64,000 nucleotides of DNA, taken from an uncultured Chloroflexia bacterium. GTDB taxonomy: Bacteria; Chloroflexota; Anaerolineae; B4-G1; SLSP01. The stretch lies in contig CAVVUS010000038.1 of NCBI GenBank assembly GCA_963751345.1, forward strand, positions 1 through 64,000. The letters are read 5' to 3'. Positions 9,252-18,572 of this stretch are shown in pieces. The position numbers and the translations under genes were made by a program. The first letter of the stretch is position 1; the number at the start of each line of letters is the position of its first letter. The notes below the pieces were generated by a model that was given only the letters and a program-made list of their open reading frames with translations, was not told the DNA's origin and did not search any database.

Positions 9252-11492
9252 TCAGGGTTTCAGGACGATGAGTTCGCCGGGAGCGCGGTCAGGCTCGACC
9301 ATTTCCGTCTCGCGGCGATGTAGTAGCGTGGTCTGCACGATCAGGCGCAGGCGCGCTGTATTGTCGATACGCACGGCCACCGGGGACGTCGGCTTGTGTT
9401 GGGCATAGCGCGCCGCGTTCCGGCCGATCTGCCGGTAGGTCTCGAGGTCGAGGTTGGGCGACATCGAGAAGAGCTCCAGATTCTCCAATGGGGCGAGATC
9501 GCGCTGGTGGATGACGGTCGTCCCCTTGGACTGGATCCCGATGGCTACGCCGGAGCCGCTGAGTTGCGCTCCCGCGTGCCCGATGAATGCACAATCTGAG
9601 GTGTGGTGGATCCTGACGATGCGTGCCGGCAGGCCCTCGTCGGCGATGCCCTGGGTGAGGGCCGCGAGGACATCGCGCAGGTCGAGGCCGCTCAGGGCCT
9701 CCTGAATGCCATTCCCGAAAGCGGGGCCGACAGCGACGACGACCTCGGGTGAGGTGCGGGCCTCCGCAGGTCCCGTCTCGCGAAGCCACAGATCGTGGGC
9801 CTCGCGATCGAGATCTCGAAGGAACTGCTGAGGGTCCCAAGCCTGTGGCAGGGCTTGGAGCTGCTCCCAACGCCGCCCCTCGACCTTATATCCGGTTCCG
9901 GGGCCTGTGTAGTCGTTGCGGTCCGTCAGCGCGCTCAGGACGTGGAGGGATCCGTCGTCGTCCACCCCGAAGATGCCCGACGTGTGCAGGTAATCCCCGA
10001 TGACGCGCTGCCGCTGCATTTCGAGCAGATTCGCGGCGATCTCCTCATACCCGGCCTGCGCAAGCGTGCGAATCACCTCGACAATCGTGATCGGGCCGTC
10101 CAGCAGCATTTGGGCAGCCTTGATGTCAGCGATCCGGTCTCGATCCGGCATATCCTGGCTACTGAAGGCGGTGACCGCTGCGTCCACCTCGGCATCGCTG
10201 ATCTCGGCGAAGTCGAAGGCATCGAAGACCGCTTGGATGGCGCGCGCCCCCCGTTCTCGAACGTGGAGCACATCCTCCTCCTGGATCGGGTGGATGCCGC
10301 CGTCGACGCGCATATCCCGCTGGATCACGTACCAGTCGTCGAGCTCGGTGGTGTCGAAGTTTCCCCCTCCGAACATATTATCGTAGCGGGGAATCGACCC
10401 GTAGCCCGAGGTGACGAAGTCGGTGCCAGGGATGAACTGCAGCATGAGCTTGGCGCTCTTGCGCATTTCGGAGTGCGAGGCTAACGCGTCGTTGCCCGCC
10501 GCGACCTCGAGCCCGAGCATCATCGCGATCAGGTTCTCGGCGAGTACGACGCGCACGCCGCCGGGCAGCGATTCGGGCAGCGCGATGCAACTGATCGACC
10601 CATTCTGGGTCCCTTGGCTACCCGCGCCGCGGGTCACCAGAAGACAGCGCGCCTCCAGGTAGAGCATCGACTTGCCCTCAGAGTGGCCCATCAACGCCTC
10701 CGAGCCGGTGCCGGAGGTGAAACGCGTCTTGACGCCGCGGCTGGCGTAGGCTGCCGCGAGGAAGGCCTTCGACCAGGGCGTGTCGTCGCCATCGACGAAA
10801 GCCCCTTCAGTGCCATAGACTGAGAGCGTCTCCGAGTACGTCGTCAGCCCGCGGAAGCCCAGCCGGAGGTTGGTCGCCTCCTCGACCGAACACTGGGTCA
10901 GCACGCCGCCTCCGCCGATCTGGGACCCCACCAGGATCGCCAGTGCGTTCAGGGGCGCATAGCGGCTGACGCCCACCGTCGTCTCGACCTCGTTGAAACC
11001 GCGCAGCGCAGCTTCCGCCGCATCCGCCGCCAGCAGGGCGGGGTGCTCCTTTCGATTGGTCACGTGGGCCTGGTTCGCCGGCGTCCGCCGTGCCCGCATC
11101 TTCGCCAGCCCCATCATCATCTCCAGGACATTCATCTGCTGGACGATCTCGACGAGTTTGGCGGGGGTGCAACCGCGAGTGAGGGCGAGCACCTCCTCGC
11201 GGGTCACGTTGATGTCGACCATCATACGCGCGATATCGCGCGATGGCGTCGCCATCGCGGCTTCCACCGTGGCCGGATCCAGGCTGTGGGAGGCAATGAA
11301 ACGATCGATGAGGTCGAAGTCCGCCTGACCGACCCCGTCGATCTCGACGATGACGCCATCTGCGGTGCGGACGCTGGGGGTCGGATCGTGCGGGCTGTCG
11401 ACGGCGATCAGCCCGACATCGGCCCAAGGCCGGATGAACGTCTCGCGGTTGATCGGACGCTCCTGCCGTATCTCAAAGCGCTTCGATGTCAT
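9252..11492 (-). CDS. pduC: B12-dependent diol dehydratase, large (alpha) and medium (beta) subunits fused, 746 aa
   Basis: Start MTSKRF after SD AAGGAG. Alpha motifs NQAHVTN, EVETT, ETLSVYGT, DGDDTPWSK, QNGSISC, PGTDF. In-frame beta motifs VGPAFG, GIADEG, SGSGVAIGIQSKGTTVIHQRDL.PLENLELF, IGRNAARYA. Confidence 0.92.
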   Translation of the reverse strand: MTSKRFEIRQERPINRETFIRPWADVGLIAVDSPHDPTPSVRTADGVIVEIDGVGQADFDLIDRFIASHSLDPATVEAAMATPSRDIARMMVDINVTREEVLALTRGCTPAKLVEIVQQMNVLEMMMGLAKMRARRTPANQAHVTNRKEHPALLAADAAEAALRGFNEVETTVGVSRYAPLNALAILVGSQIGGGGVLTQCSVEEATNLRLGFRGLTTYSETLSVYGTEGAFVDGDDTPWSKAFLAAAYASRGVKTRFTSGTGSEALMGHSEGKSMLYLEARCLLVTRGAGSQGTQNGSISCIALPESLPGGVRVVLAENLIAMMLGLEVAAGNDALASHSEMRKSAKLMLQFIPGTDFVTSGYGSIPRYDNMFGGGNFDTTELDDWYVIQRDMRVDGGIHPIQEEDVLHVRERGARAIQAVFDAFDFAEISDAEVDAAVTAFSSQDMPDRDRIADIKAAQMLLDGPITIVEVIRTLAQAGYEEIAANLLEMQRQRVIGDYLHTSGIFGVDDDGSLHVLSALTDRNDYTGPGTGYKVEGRRWEQLQALPQAWDPQQFLRDLDREAHDLWLRETGPAEARTSPEVVVAVGPAFGNGIQEALSGLDLRDVLAALTQGIADEGLPARIVRIHHTSDCAFIGHAGAQLSGSGVAIGIQSKGTTVIHQRDLAPLENLELFSMSPNLDLETYRQIGRNAARYAQHKPTSPVAVRIDNTARLRLIVQTTLLHRRETEMVEPDRAPGELIVLKP

Positions 11493-11693
11493 AGCATTTG
11501 CTCTCCTTCGTGGTACGGCGGTAGTATACTCGAAGGGCGGGGAACCGGAAACCGGTGCCAGGCGGCTACACGAGGGTCTCTCTCTCGGCGTCGCTATGCG
11601 GAGTTGGTGCACGGTGGTATAGTTGGATCGGAGGCCGACGGAGGTCGAGCCGCCGTCATTTCCATGCACAACCTAACGAAGGAGTGAAGGTAC

Positions 11694-12422
11694 ATGAGTT
11701 CGATTAAGGTCACCGTATGGAACGAGTACCGCCACGAGAGGGCAGATCAGAACGTTAGAGAGGTATACCCGGACGGCATCCATGAGGCAATCGCGGCGTA
11801 TCTGCGCACCCAAGGCTACGACGTCAAAACTGCGACGCTGGACGAGCCGGAGCATGGGCTGACCGAGGCTGTCCTTGCCGATACCGATGTCCTGTTCTGG
11901 TGGGGGCACATGGCGCACGGAGAGGTGAAGGACGAGATCGTGGACCGCGTGTACGCTCGGATCATGGAGGGCATGGGCTTGATCGTTCTCCACTCGGCGC
12001 ATTTCTCCAAGATCTTCAGAAAGCTCATGGGCTCGACCTGCGACCTGAAGTGGCGAGAGATCGGCGAGAAGGAACGCGTCTACGTGATCGAACCCGGCCA
12101 TCCCATCGCCGCGGGTCTGGGGGAGTACTTCGAGGTCCCGCATTCCGAGATGTACGGCGAGCGCTTCGATATTCCCGCACCGGACACGCTGGTCTTCATC
12201 AGTTGGTTCGCGGGTGGGAATGTCTTCCGCAGCGGATGCTGCTATCACCGGGGTGCCGGGAAGATCTTCTACTTCCGCCCAGGCCACGAGTCGTTTCCCG
12301 TCTTCTACCAGCCTGAGGTCCGCAAGGTGCTCACGAACGCGATTCAGTGGGCGGCGCCCGTCGCCGGTCCGACCGTGACATACGGGCACCGTCCTCAGCC
12401 CCTCGAGCGCGTCGAGCCCTAG
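11694..12422 (+). CDS. thuA: ThuA-family trehalose/glycoside utilization protein
   Basis: [46 protein letters not shown]. Confidence 0.9.
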   Translation: MSSIKVTVWNEYRHERADQNVREVYPDGIHEAIAAYLRTQGYDVKTATLDEPEHGLTEAVLADTDVLFWWGHMAHGEVKDEIVDRVYARIMEGMGLIVLHSAHFSKIFRKLMGSTCDLKWREIGEKERVYVIEPGHPIAAGLGEYFEVPHSEMYGERFDIPAPDTLVFISWFAGGNVFRSGCCYHRGAGKIFYFRPGHESFPVFYQPEVRKVLTNAIQWAAPVAGPTVTYGHRPQPLERVEP

Positions 12423-12471
12423 CATAGCTAACGCCGTATTCACCCTTATGTGAGAGGAGAGAAGTCGACCT

Positions 12472-13224
12472 ATGGTGCCACCTATTGCATTGCAGTTGTA
12501 CTCGGTCAGGGAGTATGCGCAGGAGAGCTTTGAGGACGCCGTCCGGAGGGTCGCCGCGATGGGTTACGCGGGCGTTGAGCCGGCGGGGTTCCCAGGGACG
12601 ACGGCGGCGGCCGCCGGCGCATTGTTCAAGGAGCTCGGCCTTCAGGTGAGTAGCGCCCACACGGCACTCCCCATCGGTGACCAGGAGGCCGACGTGCTGA
12701 GGACCATGGAAGCCATCGGCGGGACGCGGATCATCTCGGGGATCGGGCCGGATGGGTACACGTCGATTGACCAGATCAAGAGGACGTGCGACACCTTCAA
12801 TCGGGCCGCGGCCGTTGCCCGGGCCAACGGCATGACCTTCGGCATGCACAATCATTGGTGGGAATACACACCTGTGGAGGGCAAGTACCCGTATAAGGTG
12901 ATGCTCGACCTGCTCGACCCGGATGTCTTCTTCGAGATCGACACCTACTGGGTGCAGACGGCGGGGGTTGATGTCGTGGAAGTGGTCAAGGAGCTCGGAA
13001 CACGCGCGCCGCTGCTGCACATCAAGGACGGCCCGTGCGTGCAGACGGAGCCAATGACGGCTGTGGGGGACGGTGTGATGGACTTCCCTGCCATCTTGGA
13101 GGCCGCGGGAACTACGCCAGAGTGGCTGATCGTCGAGCTGGACCGCTGTGCCACCGATATGATGGATGCCGTGCAGCGTAGTGTGACCTACTTGGTCGAG
13201 AGCGGCTTGGGCAAGGGCCGCTAG
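12472..13224 (+). CDS. Sugar phosphate isomerase/epimerase (AP_endonuc_2 TIM barrel)
   Basis: LQLYSVR, GYAGVE, HNH.WE, EIDTYW, HIKD, IVELD. Confidence 0.85.
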   Translation: MVPPIALQLYSVREYAQESFEDAVRRVAAMGYAGVEPAGFPGTTAAAAGALFKELGLQVSSAHTALPIGDQEADVLRTMEAIGGTRIISGIGPDGYTSIDQIKRTCDTFNRAAAVARANGMTFGMHNHWWEYTPVEGKYPYKVMLDLLDPDVFFEIDTYWVQTAGVDVVEVVKELGTRAPLLHIKDGPCVQTEPMTAVGDGVMDFPAILEAAGTTPEWLIVELDRCATDMMDAVQRSVTYLVESGLGKGR

Positions 13225-13236
13225 GTCCGATACCAG

Positions 13237-13307
13237 AACCTTGCGAAGGTGGCCCGAGTCCCCGGCACCCGGTCGCCGGGACCTCGGGCTTGAACCTTCG
13301 CAAGGTT
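13237..13307. repeat. REP-like dyad, copy 1 (AACCTTGCGAAGGT ... AACCTTCGCAAGGTT)
   Basis: Inverted pair of imperfect palindromes around a further GC stem, between convergent genes. Confidence 0.65.
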
Positions 13308-13316
13308 GACCTATGC

Positions 13317-14510
13317 TTAGTAGCTGACGTCGACGTGGCGCTTAGTGCGCGCCGATTCGATGATGGCAGCCGACACACAGTCGGCCCGGTAGCCGTCCTC
13401 GAAAGTGGCTCCGTAGGGGCCCACCTCTTTGTTGTTTGCGACGCAGTCCAAGAAGTGGTTTAGCTCGTGGATAAACCCGTGCTCCCATCCGATCATATGT
13501 CCCTGCGGCCACCAGTTGGACCACCACGGATGGAATGGCTCGCTCACCAGGACGGTCGAGAAGCCTTGGGCTTCCTTGGGTTCCTGATCGATGAAGTACA
13601 CCTTCAGCTCATTCAGGCGTTCGAGGTCGAACTCGATCGAGCCCTTCTCCCCGTTGATCTCTATGATCTCGTGGTTTTTCCGCCCTGCGGCGAAGCGTGT
13701 CGCCTCCAGGGTCCCGATCGCGCCGTTGGCAAAACCCACTGATGCCACAAAGGCATCGTCGATCTCGACGGTGCCTGTTGACCCGTCCGGGTTGGGGCGG
13801 TGCTCGGTGAAGATCCTCGTCATTGCCGCGACGCTCTCGATGTCACCCACGAGGAAGCGTCCCAGATCGATGAGGTGCGTTCCAAGATCGCCCAACGCGC
13901 CACAGCCTGCCACATCCTTCTCCAGCCGCCACGTCATCGGCGTGTTGTAGTGCGGCAGCACCCACTCCTGGAGATAGGTGGCGCGGTAGTGGTAGATTCT
14001 ACCGAGCTTTCCTTGCTCGATCAACTCGCGAGCTAGCCGAATGGCGGGCAGGAAGCGGTAGTTGAACCCGACCATATGCTTGACGCCGGCTTTGGTCGCG
14101 GCGTCGAGCATCGCCTTGCTTTCCTCGGGTGAACGGCCGAGGGGCTTCTCGCAGAAGACGTGCTTGCCCGCCTCGACCGCCGCAATCGTGGGAGCGTAGT
14201 GGACGCTGTTGGGCGCGCCGTTATCGAGGATCTGTACCTCGTCGTCGGCCAGCATATCATCCCAGTTCGTGTAGTACTTCCTGTAGCCATAGCGTCGTGA
14301 GGCCTCTGCCACCGCCTCCTCATCGCGGCCACAGATGGCAACGAGATCGGGCACGACCACCGGCGGGTACATCATGTAAGGAATGGTCTTGTACGCGTTG
14401 CTGTGGGCCTTCCCCATGAAGGCATAACCAAGCATCCCTACCCCGACGTGCGGTGCCTCTCCCTCGGCTCTAGCTCCTGCCATCGTGGTGAAACCACCGG
14501 CTTCCGACAT
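13317..14510 (-). CDS. Gfo/Idh/MocA oxidoreductase (levoglucosan/glycoside 3-dehydrogenase-like)
   Basis: GYAFMGKAHS, CEKPL, FNYR, YLQEW..WR...AG.GALGD.GTH, EATRFA.GR.N. Confidence 0.85.
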   Translation of the reverse strand: MSEAGGFTTMAGARAEGEAPHVGVGMLGYAFMGKAHSNAYKTIPYMMYPPVVVPDLVAICGRDEEAVAEASRRYGYRKYYTNWDDMLADDEVQILDNGAPNSVHYAPTIAAVEAGKHVFCEKPLGRSPEESKAMLDAATKAGVKHMVGFNYRFLPAIRLARELIEQGKLGRIYHYRATYLQEWVLPHYNTPMTWRLEKDVAGCGALGDLGTHLIDLGRFLVGDIESVAAMTRIFTEHRPNPDGSTGTVEIDDAFVASVGFANGAIGTLEATRFAAGRKNHEIIEINGEKGSIEFDLERLNELKVYFIDQEPKEAQGFSTVLVSEPFHPWWSNWWPQGHMIGWEHGFIHELNHFLDCVANNKEVGPYGATFEDGYRADCVSAAIIESARTKRHVDVSY

Positions 14511-14545
14511 CTCATCCTCCTGGCGTGTTCGATAGGGGTAGGATC

Positions 14546-15546
14546 TCAGTTGCTGCTGAACGCGGCGTCAAAGGCTACATCTGAAGGGCGGAAGTCCTCA
14601 CGGCGTACCATCGCCAGCGCCTCAGGCGCACCGAACTCGCGGTCCATACCGCTGTCCTCCCACTCGATCGAGAGCGGCCCCTGATATCCGGCACGGTTGA
14701 GCGCTCGGATGATCGGGTCCCAGCGAACGTCGCCGTGTCCCGGCGAGACGAAGTCCCAGCCGCGGCGCGGATCACCGAAGTCGAGGTGCGAGGACAGGAT
14801 GCTGTTCCTGCCGGTGAGCTGTACCCGCGAATCTTTGACGTGCACGTGGAAGATACGCTCGGCAAAGGCGTCGATGAACTCCACCGGATTGATGAACTGG
14901 TGGATCAGGTGGCTCGGGTCGAAGTTGAAGCCGAAGTTCGGGTGCCCGCCGACGGCGTCCAGCGCTCGCTGTGCCGTGATGAGGTCGTAGGCGATCTCGG
15001 TCGGGTGTACCTCGAGGGCGAACTTGATTCCCTCTTCCTTGTACACATCAAGAATCGGCAGCCAGCGATCTGCGAAGTCCTGGTAGCCTGCCTGCACGTA
15101 AGCCTGTGTGGTAGGTGGGAAGAAGTAGAAGGCACCCCACACGGAGCTGCCTGTGAAGCCGTTGACGGTATCGACGCCAAAGAGCTTCGCCGCCCGTGCC
15201 GTGTTCTTGCATCTCCTCCGCAGCGCGCTTCCGTACGCCCTCTGGATCGCCATCGCCCCAGATTCGCGCGGGGAGTATGTCCTTGTGGCGCTCGTCAATC
15301 CGGTCGCAGACGCACTGGCCCACAAGGTGGTTGCTGATTGCGTACCACTTGAGGCCGTGCTTGCTGAGAATGTCCTGCCGCCCCCGGATGTAGGCATCAT
15401 CCTCCAGGGCCTTAGTCAACGTCGAAGTGACTCCCCCAGCAGGCCAGCTCCAGCCCGTCGAATCCCCAGGCACTGACCTTTTCGGCCAGTACCTCCAGGG
15501 GTAGATCAGCCCATTGTCCGGTGAATAGCGTGACAGGTCGTGCCAT
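14546..15546 (-). CDS. Sugar phosphate isomerase/epimerase (TIM barrel), frameshifts near 15415 and 15210
   Basis: Reconstructed [16 protein letters not shown]...ELACWG.HFDV...ISNHL.GQ...GFTGSS...EVHPTEIA...NFDPSH...HVHVKD...SIEWED. Confidence 0.85.
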
Positions 15547-15738
15547 AGCCGACTCTCCTTTCTGTTGAGACTCCTGGGTATGGATGATGGGTGCATTGTG
15601 GTTGAGCGCCCACCGGATGCCCAGAGTGTACCGGGAATGGTCGGGGCACGCAAGTGGAGGGCGTCTGGGCGTTGGACTGCGGGCGAGACTGTCCTGAGCG
15701 CTGCGCTCAGGGCAGGCTGTCCGCGGTCCATAGCGTTG

Positions 15739-16719
15739 CTATGCGTGTGACAGCGCGTGCCGCCAGGTGAGCAGATCACGGACCGTCTCCACAAAGGGAC
15801 GCGACCGGTATCCCAGCTCTCGCCGCGCCTTCGCTGAGCTGAATCGCGCGTTCTCCGAGATCGTCCTCAGGGAATAGGGCGTGAACTGTGGCGTGGTCTT
15901 GGTGAGCCGGTAGACGTGCTGCATCACCCTGGCCAATGCCATCGCCATGCGCCACGGCAGCATAAGGTGGGGGGAGCGGACGCCCGCTGCCGCCTGCATC
16001 GTGCTCATGGCCTCGGTCAGGGTCGCGTAGTGTCCCGATAGGATGTAGATCTCGCCGCGACGCCCCTTCTCCCCGGCAAGAATCAGCCCTTCCACGATGT
16101 CCCGCACATCCACGAAGTCGTAGGCGCCGGGAACCAGAAGGTGCAGCTTCTGCTTGGCAAAGTCCAGCAGGGCCTTGCCCAGCAGCGAGCCGCGGAAGTC
16201 GAAGGGCCCGACGATGGCCGTTGGGCACACGATCACGGCATCCAGCCCCTGCTTGACGGCATCGAGCACGGCGGCCGTGCCCTGCGCTTTGGTCTCGTCA
16301 TAGGTGCCTGCCGCATGGCTCAGGGCCAGAGGTGTGGTCTCATCGACCACGACGTCGCCCGGCATCCGCTGGAACGCGTGAATCGAGCTTACGTGGACGA
16401 AGCGCCTGACACCGGCGCGCAGCGCCGCAGCCGTCACATTGCGCACCCCCTCGACGTTGACCCTCCGCATCATCCCCTCGATGCCGGGCATGATCGAGAT
16501 GATCCCCGCGAGGTGATAGACCGTGTCGACGCCCTCCATCGCGCAGTCCAGGGCCTCGGGGTCGAGTACGCTGCCTTCATACTTCGTGACATTGAGTGCC
16601 TCGAGTGATGCACAGTCATCACCGGGCAAGACCAACGCTCGAACAGACGCTCCCGCGGACAGCAGCCTACGAACAAGCACATTGCCAATATGGCCGGTCG
16701 CACCAGTTACCAGAATCAT
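15739..16719 (-). CDS. NAD-dependent epimerase/dehydratase (dihydroflavonol reductase/3-beta-HSD-like extended SDR)
   Basis: VTGATGHIG, YHLAG, HVSS, YDETK (YxxxK), GAYDFVDVRD. Confidence 0.85.
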   Translation of the reverse strand: MILVTGATGHIGNVLVRRLLSAGASVRALVLPGDDCASLEALNVTKYEGSVLDPEALDCAMEGVDTVYHLAGIISIMPGIEGMMRRVNVEGVRNVTAAALRAGVRRFVHVSSIHAFQRMPGDVVVDETTPLALSHAAGTYDETKAQGTAAVLDAVKQGLDAVIVCPTAIVGPFDFRGSLLGKALLDFAKQKLHLLVPGAYDFVDVRDIVEGLILAGEKGRRGEIYILSGHYATLTEAMSTMQAAAGVRSPHLMLPWRMAMALARVMQHVYRLTKTTPQFTPYSLRTISENARFSSAKARRELGYRSRPFVETVRDLLTWRHALSHA

Positions 16720-17315
16720 GTCGTTCTCCTTAAGCCCTCCAGCAGGACTTGAATACTTTGCTCGGCGACGGCGCTCCAGTCCGAACCGTGAGGGTCAAGG
16801 AGTCCCTGGAAGAAGAGACCGCTTGCCATCGAGAGCAGCACCTGGGCTCCCCCTTTCGGACCGATGGGCCAGAACTCGCCGGACGCTACGCCTTCCCGGA
16901 TAATGCCTTCGAACAATTGCTGGAAAGTGCGGTAAGGAGAGAGGATCGTCTGCCGGACGGTCTCGTCACGGCTGGCTTGAATCCAGAACTCCAGAATTAG
17001 CGCGAGGCGTTCGTTTTGGGACTCGAGGATGGTTTGGAAAGTGTGGGACATCGCCAGCAGCCGGTCGGACGCCGTGCCATCCACCGGCACGATATCATGC
17101 AGCGCCACGTCAAGATCCTCAAGCCAACTGCCGATGACCGCGAGAAAGACCGCCTGCTTGGTGTCGAAGTGGTAGTAGAAGGCCCCTTTGCTCACGCCCG
17201 CGCGCTTGCAGATCTCGGCGACGCCAGTGGCATCGTAGCCCTTCTCGGCAAACAGGCGTGCTGCGGCCTGGAGAATGCCCTGAAGGGTTTCCTCGCGACG
17301 CTGCTCATTCCTCAA
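16716..17315 (-). CDS. TetR/AcrR-family transcriptional regulator
   Basis: HTH LFAEKGYDATGVAEICKRAGVSKGAFYYHF. TTG start after GGAGAGGAG. Overlaps the SDR gene by 4 bp. Confidence 0.9.
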   Translation of the reverse strand: MRNEQRREETLQGILQAAARLFAEKGYDATGVAEICKRAGVSKGAFYYHFDTKQAVFLAVIGSWLEDLDVALHDIVPVDGTASDRLLAMSHTFQTILESQNERLALILEFWIQASRDETVRQTILSPYRTFQQLFEGIIREGVASGEFWPIGPKGGAQVLLSMASGLFFQGLLDPHGSDWSAVAEQSIQVLLEGLRRTT

Positions 17316-17334
17316 TGCTGGCTCCTCTCCATAT

Positions 17335-17388
17335 AAAAAACCGACCGGTTGGTATGTTTCATGATACGAGTATCTCGAGGAAAGTCAA
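17335..17388 (-). promoter_or_regulatory. Sigma70 promoter with downstream TetR-type operator
   Basis: Minus strand TTGACT (17383-88), 16 bp, TATCAT (17361-66). Imperfect palindrome AAAAAACCGACC|GGTTGGTATGTT at 17335-17358. Confidence 0.6.
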
Positions 17389-17546
17389 TAAGGAGCGAAC
17401 CAGCTCGTTGGACGTCCGGATCGTGATAGCGTTCCGGCGTGCTAACGAATCGGTGACCCACGCCTTGCGCCTGGAGCGCTTTGCGTCTACACTGAAGATG
17501 TTCATTCTGTCGGTTGTTATCTCGTGATCATCAAGCGGAGGGACTC

Positions 17547-18407
17547 ATGACATCGGTGGCGATTGTGACGGATACGGACGCCAGCTTGCCCGCGGACGTT
17601 GCCAGGCGCTACGGCATTCGTCAGGTGCCCATCCACGTGCACTTTGGCGACGAGAGTTTCAGGACGGGCCTGGACATCGATGACGCACGGCTCTTCGAGC
17701 GTGTTGACCGGGAGGGTGCACTGCCGACCACGTCGGCACCGGCGCCCGGCCAGTTTGCGGCTGCCTACCAGGCGGCTATTGATGAGGGGCACGACGAGGT
17801 CGTCTGTCTCTGCGTAAGTGCTGAGGTCAGCGGGACCTACAATGCCGCACTCAATGCCTGCCAACTCGTCCCGGATCTATCTGTGACCGTGGTGGATTCG
17901 CGCAATATCTCGATGGGGCAGGGCTTCATGGCCATCGAAGCCGCCGAGGCGGCCAGGGGCGGTGCCGGAATCGAGGAAGTCCTGGCGCGGGCGAGGAGCG
18001 TCTGTGATCGATCCTGTCTCTTCGCCTCTCTCGCGACGCTCAAGTATCTGGCGATGAGTGGTCGGGTGGGGCACCTGGCGGCAGGCATGGCTTCGCTGCT
18101 GAACATCAAACCCATACTCACGATGCAGGCGGGCAAGCTCGACCTGCTGGAGAAGGTGCGCACGCGCAAGCGAGCGTGGGCCAGGGTGATCACGCTGGTT
18201 TCCCAGAGCCTCGCCGACCGCCCGGTCGAGCGACTGGCTATCCTGCACGTCAATGCGGCGGAGGACGCGCTGGTGTTCGAAGAGCAGCTTTGCTCGGAGA
18301 TCGGCTGTCCATCTGAGGTGATCCTGGCGGATTTCACGGCGGGCCTGTCAGTGCATACAGGACCTGGTATGATTGGGGTGGTGGCCGTCGCGGCGCAGGA
18401 TGGGTAG
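17547..18407 (+). CDS. DegV-family fatty-acid-binding protein
   Basis: IVTDTDASLP, PTTSAP, VSGTY, VDSR..SMGQG, L.YL..SGR, H.GPG. Confidence 0.92.
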   Translation: MTSVAIVTDTDASLPADVARRYGIRQVPIHVHFGDESFRTGLDIDDARLFERVDREGALPTTSAPAPGQFAAAYQAAIDEGHDEVVCLCVSAEVSGTYNAALNACQLVPDLSVTVVDSRNISMGQGFMAIEAAEAARGGAGIEEVLARARSVCDRSCLFASLATLKYLAMSGRVGHLAAGMASLLNIKPILTMQAGKLDLLEKVRTRKRAWARVITLVSQSLADRPVERLAILHVNAAEDALVFEEQLCSEIGCPSEVILADFTAGLSVHTGPGMIGVVAVAAQDG

Positions 18408-18420
18408 ACGTTCGTTCAAG

Positions 18421-18515
18421 ACCTTGCGAAGATTAGGCTAGCGCCAGCTCTTGCCGGCGTCCGTGTAGGCGCGGGCGCCATATCGAGCCGGAACGCCGGT
18501 AACCTTCACAAGGCT
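18421..18515. repeat. REP-like dyad, copy 2 (degenerate)
   Basis: ACCTTGCGAAGATT at 18421 and AACCTTCACAAGGCT at 18501. Confidence 0.5.
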
Positions 18516-18572
18516 GCACGCGTCGGCGACGGTCAAGCTGCACAAGGCAACTATCGAGGGAGGATATCACAT

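Noticed and set aside
7162-11492. Pdu-type bacterial microcompartment locus
   Set aside because: No shell-protein, reactivase, aldehyde dehydrogenase or adenosyltransferase genes flank the operon.
11493-11693. Cobalamin riboswitch upstream of the B12-dependent dehydratase
   Set aside because: No B12-box-like elements (GGGAA...GCCACTG) seen on the minus strand. The 59-codon N-terminal extension of ORF 9252..11669 is also rejected because the SD sits before 11492.
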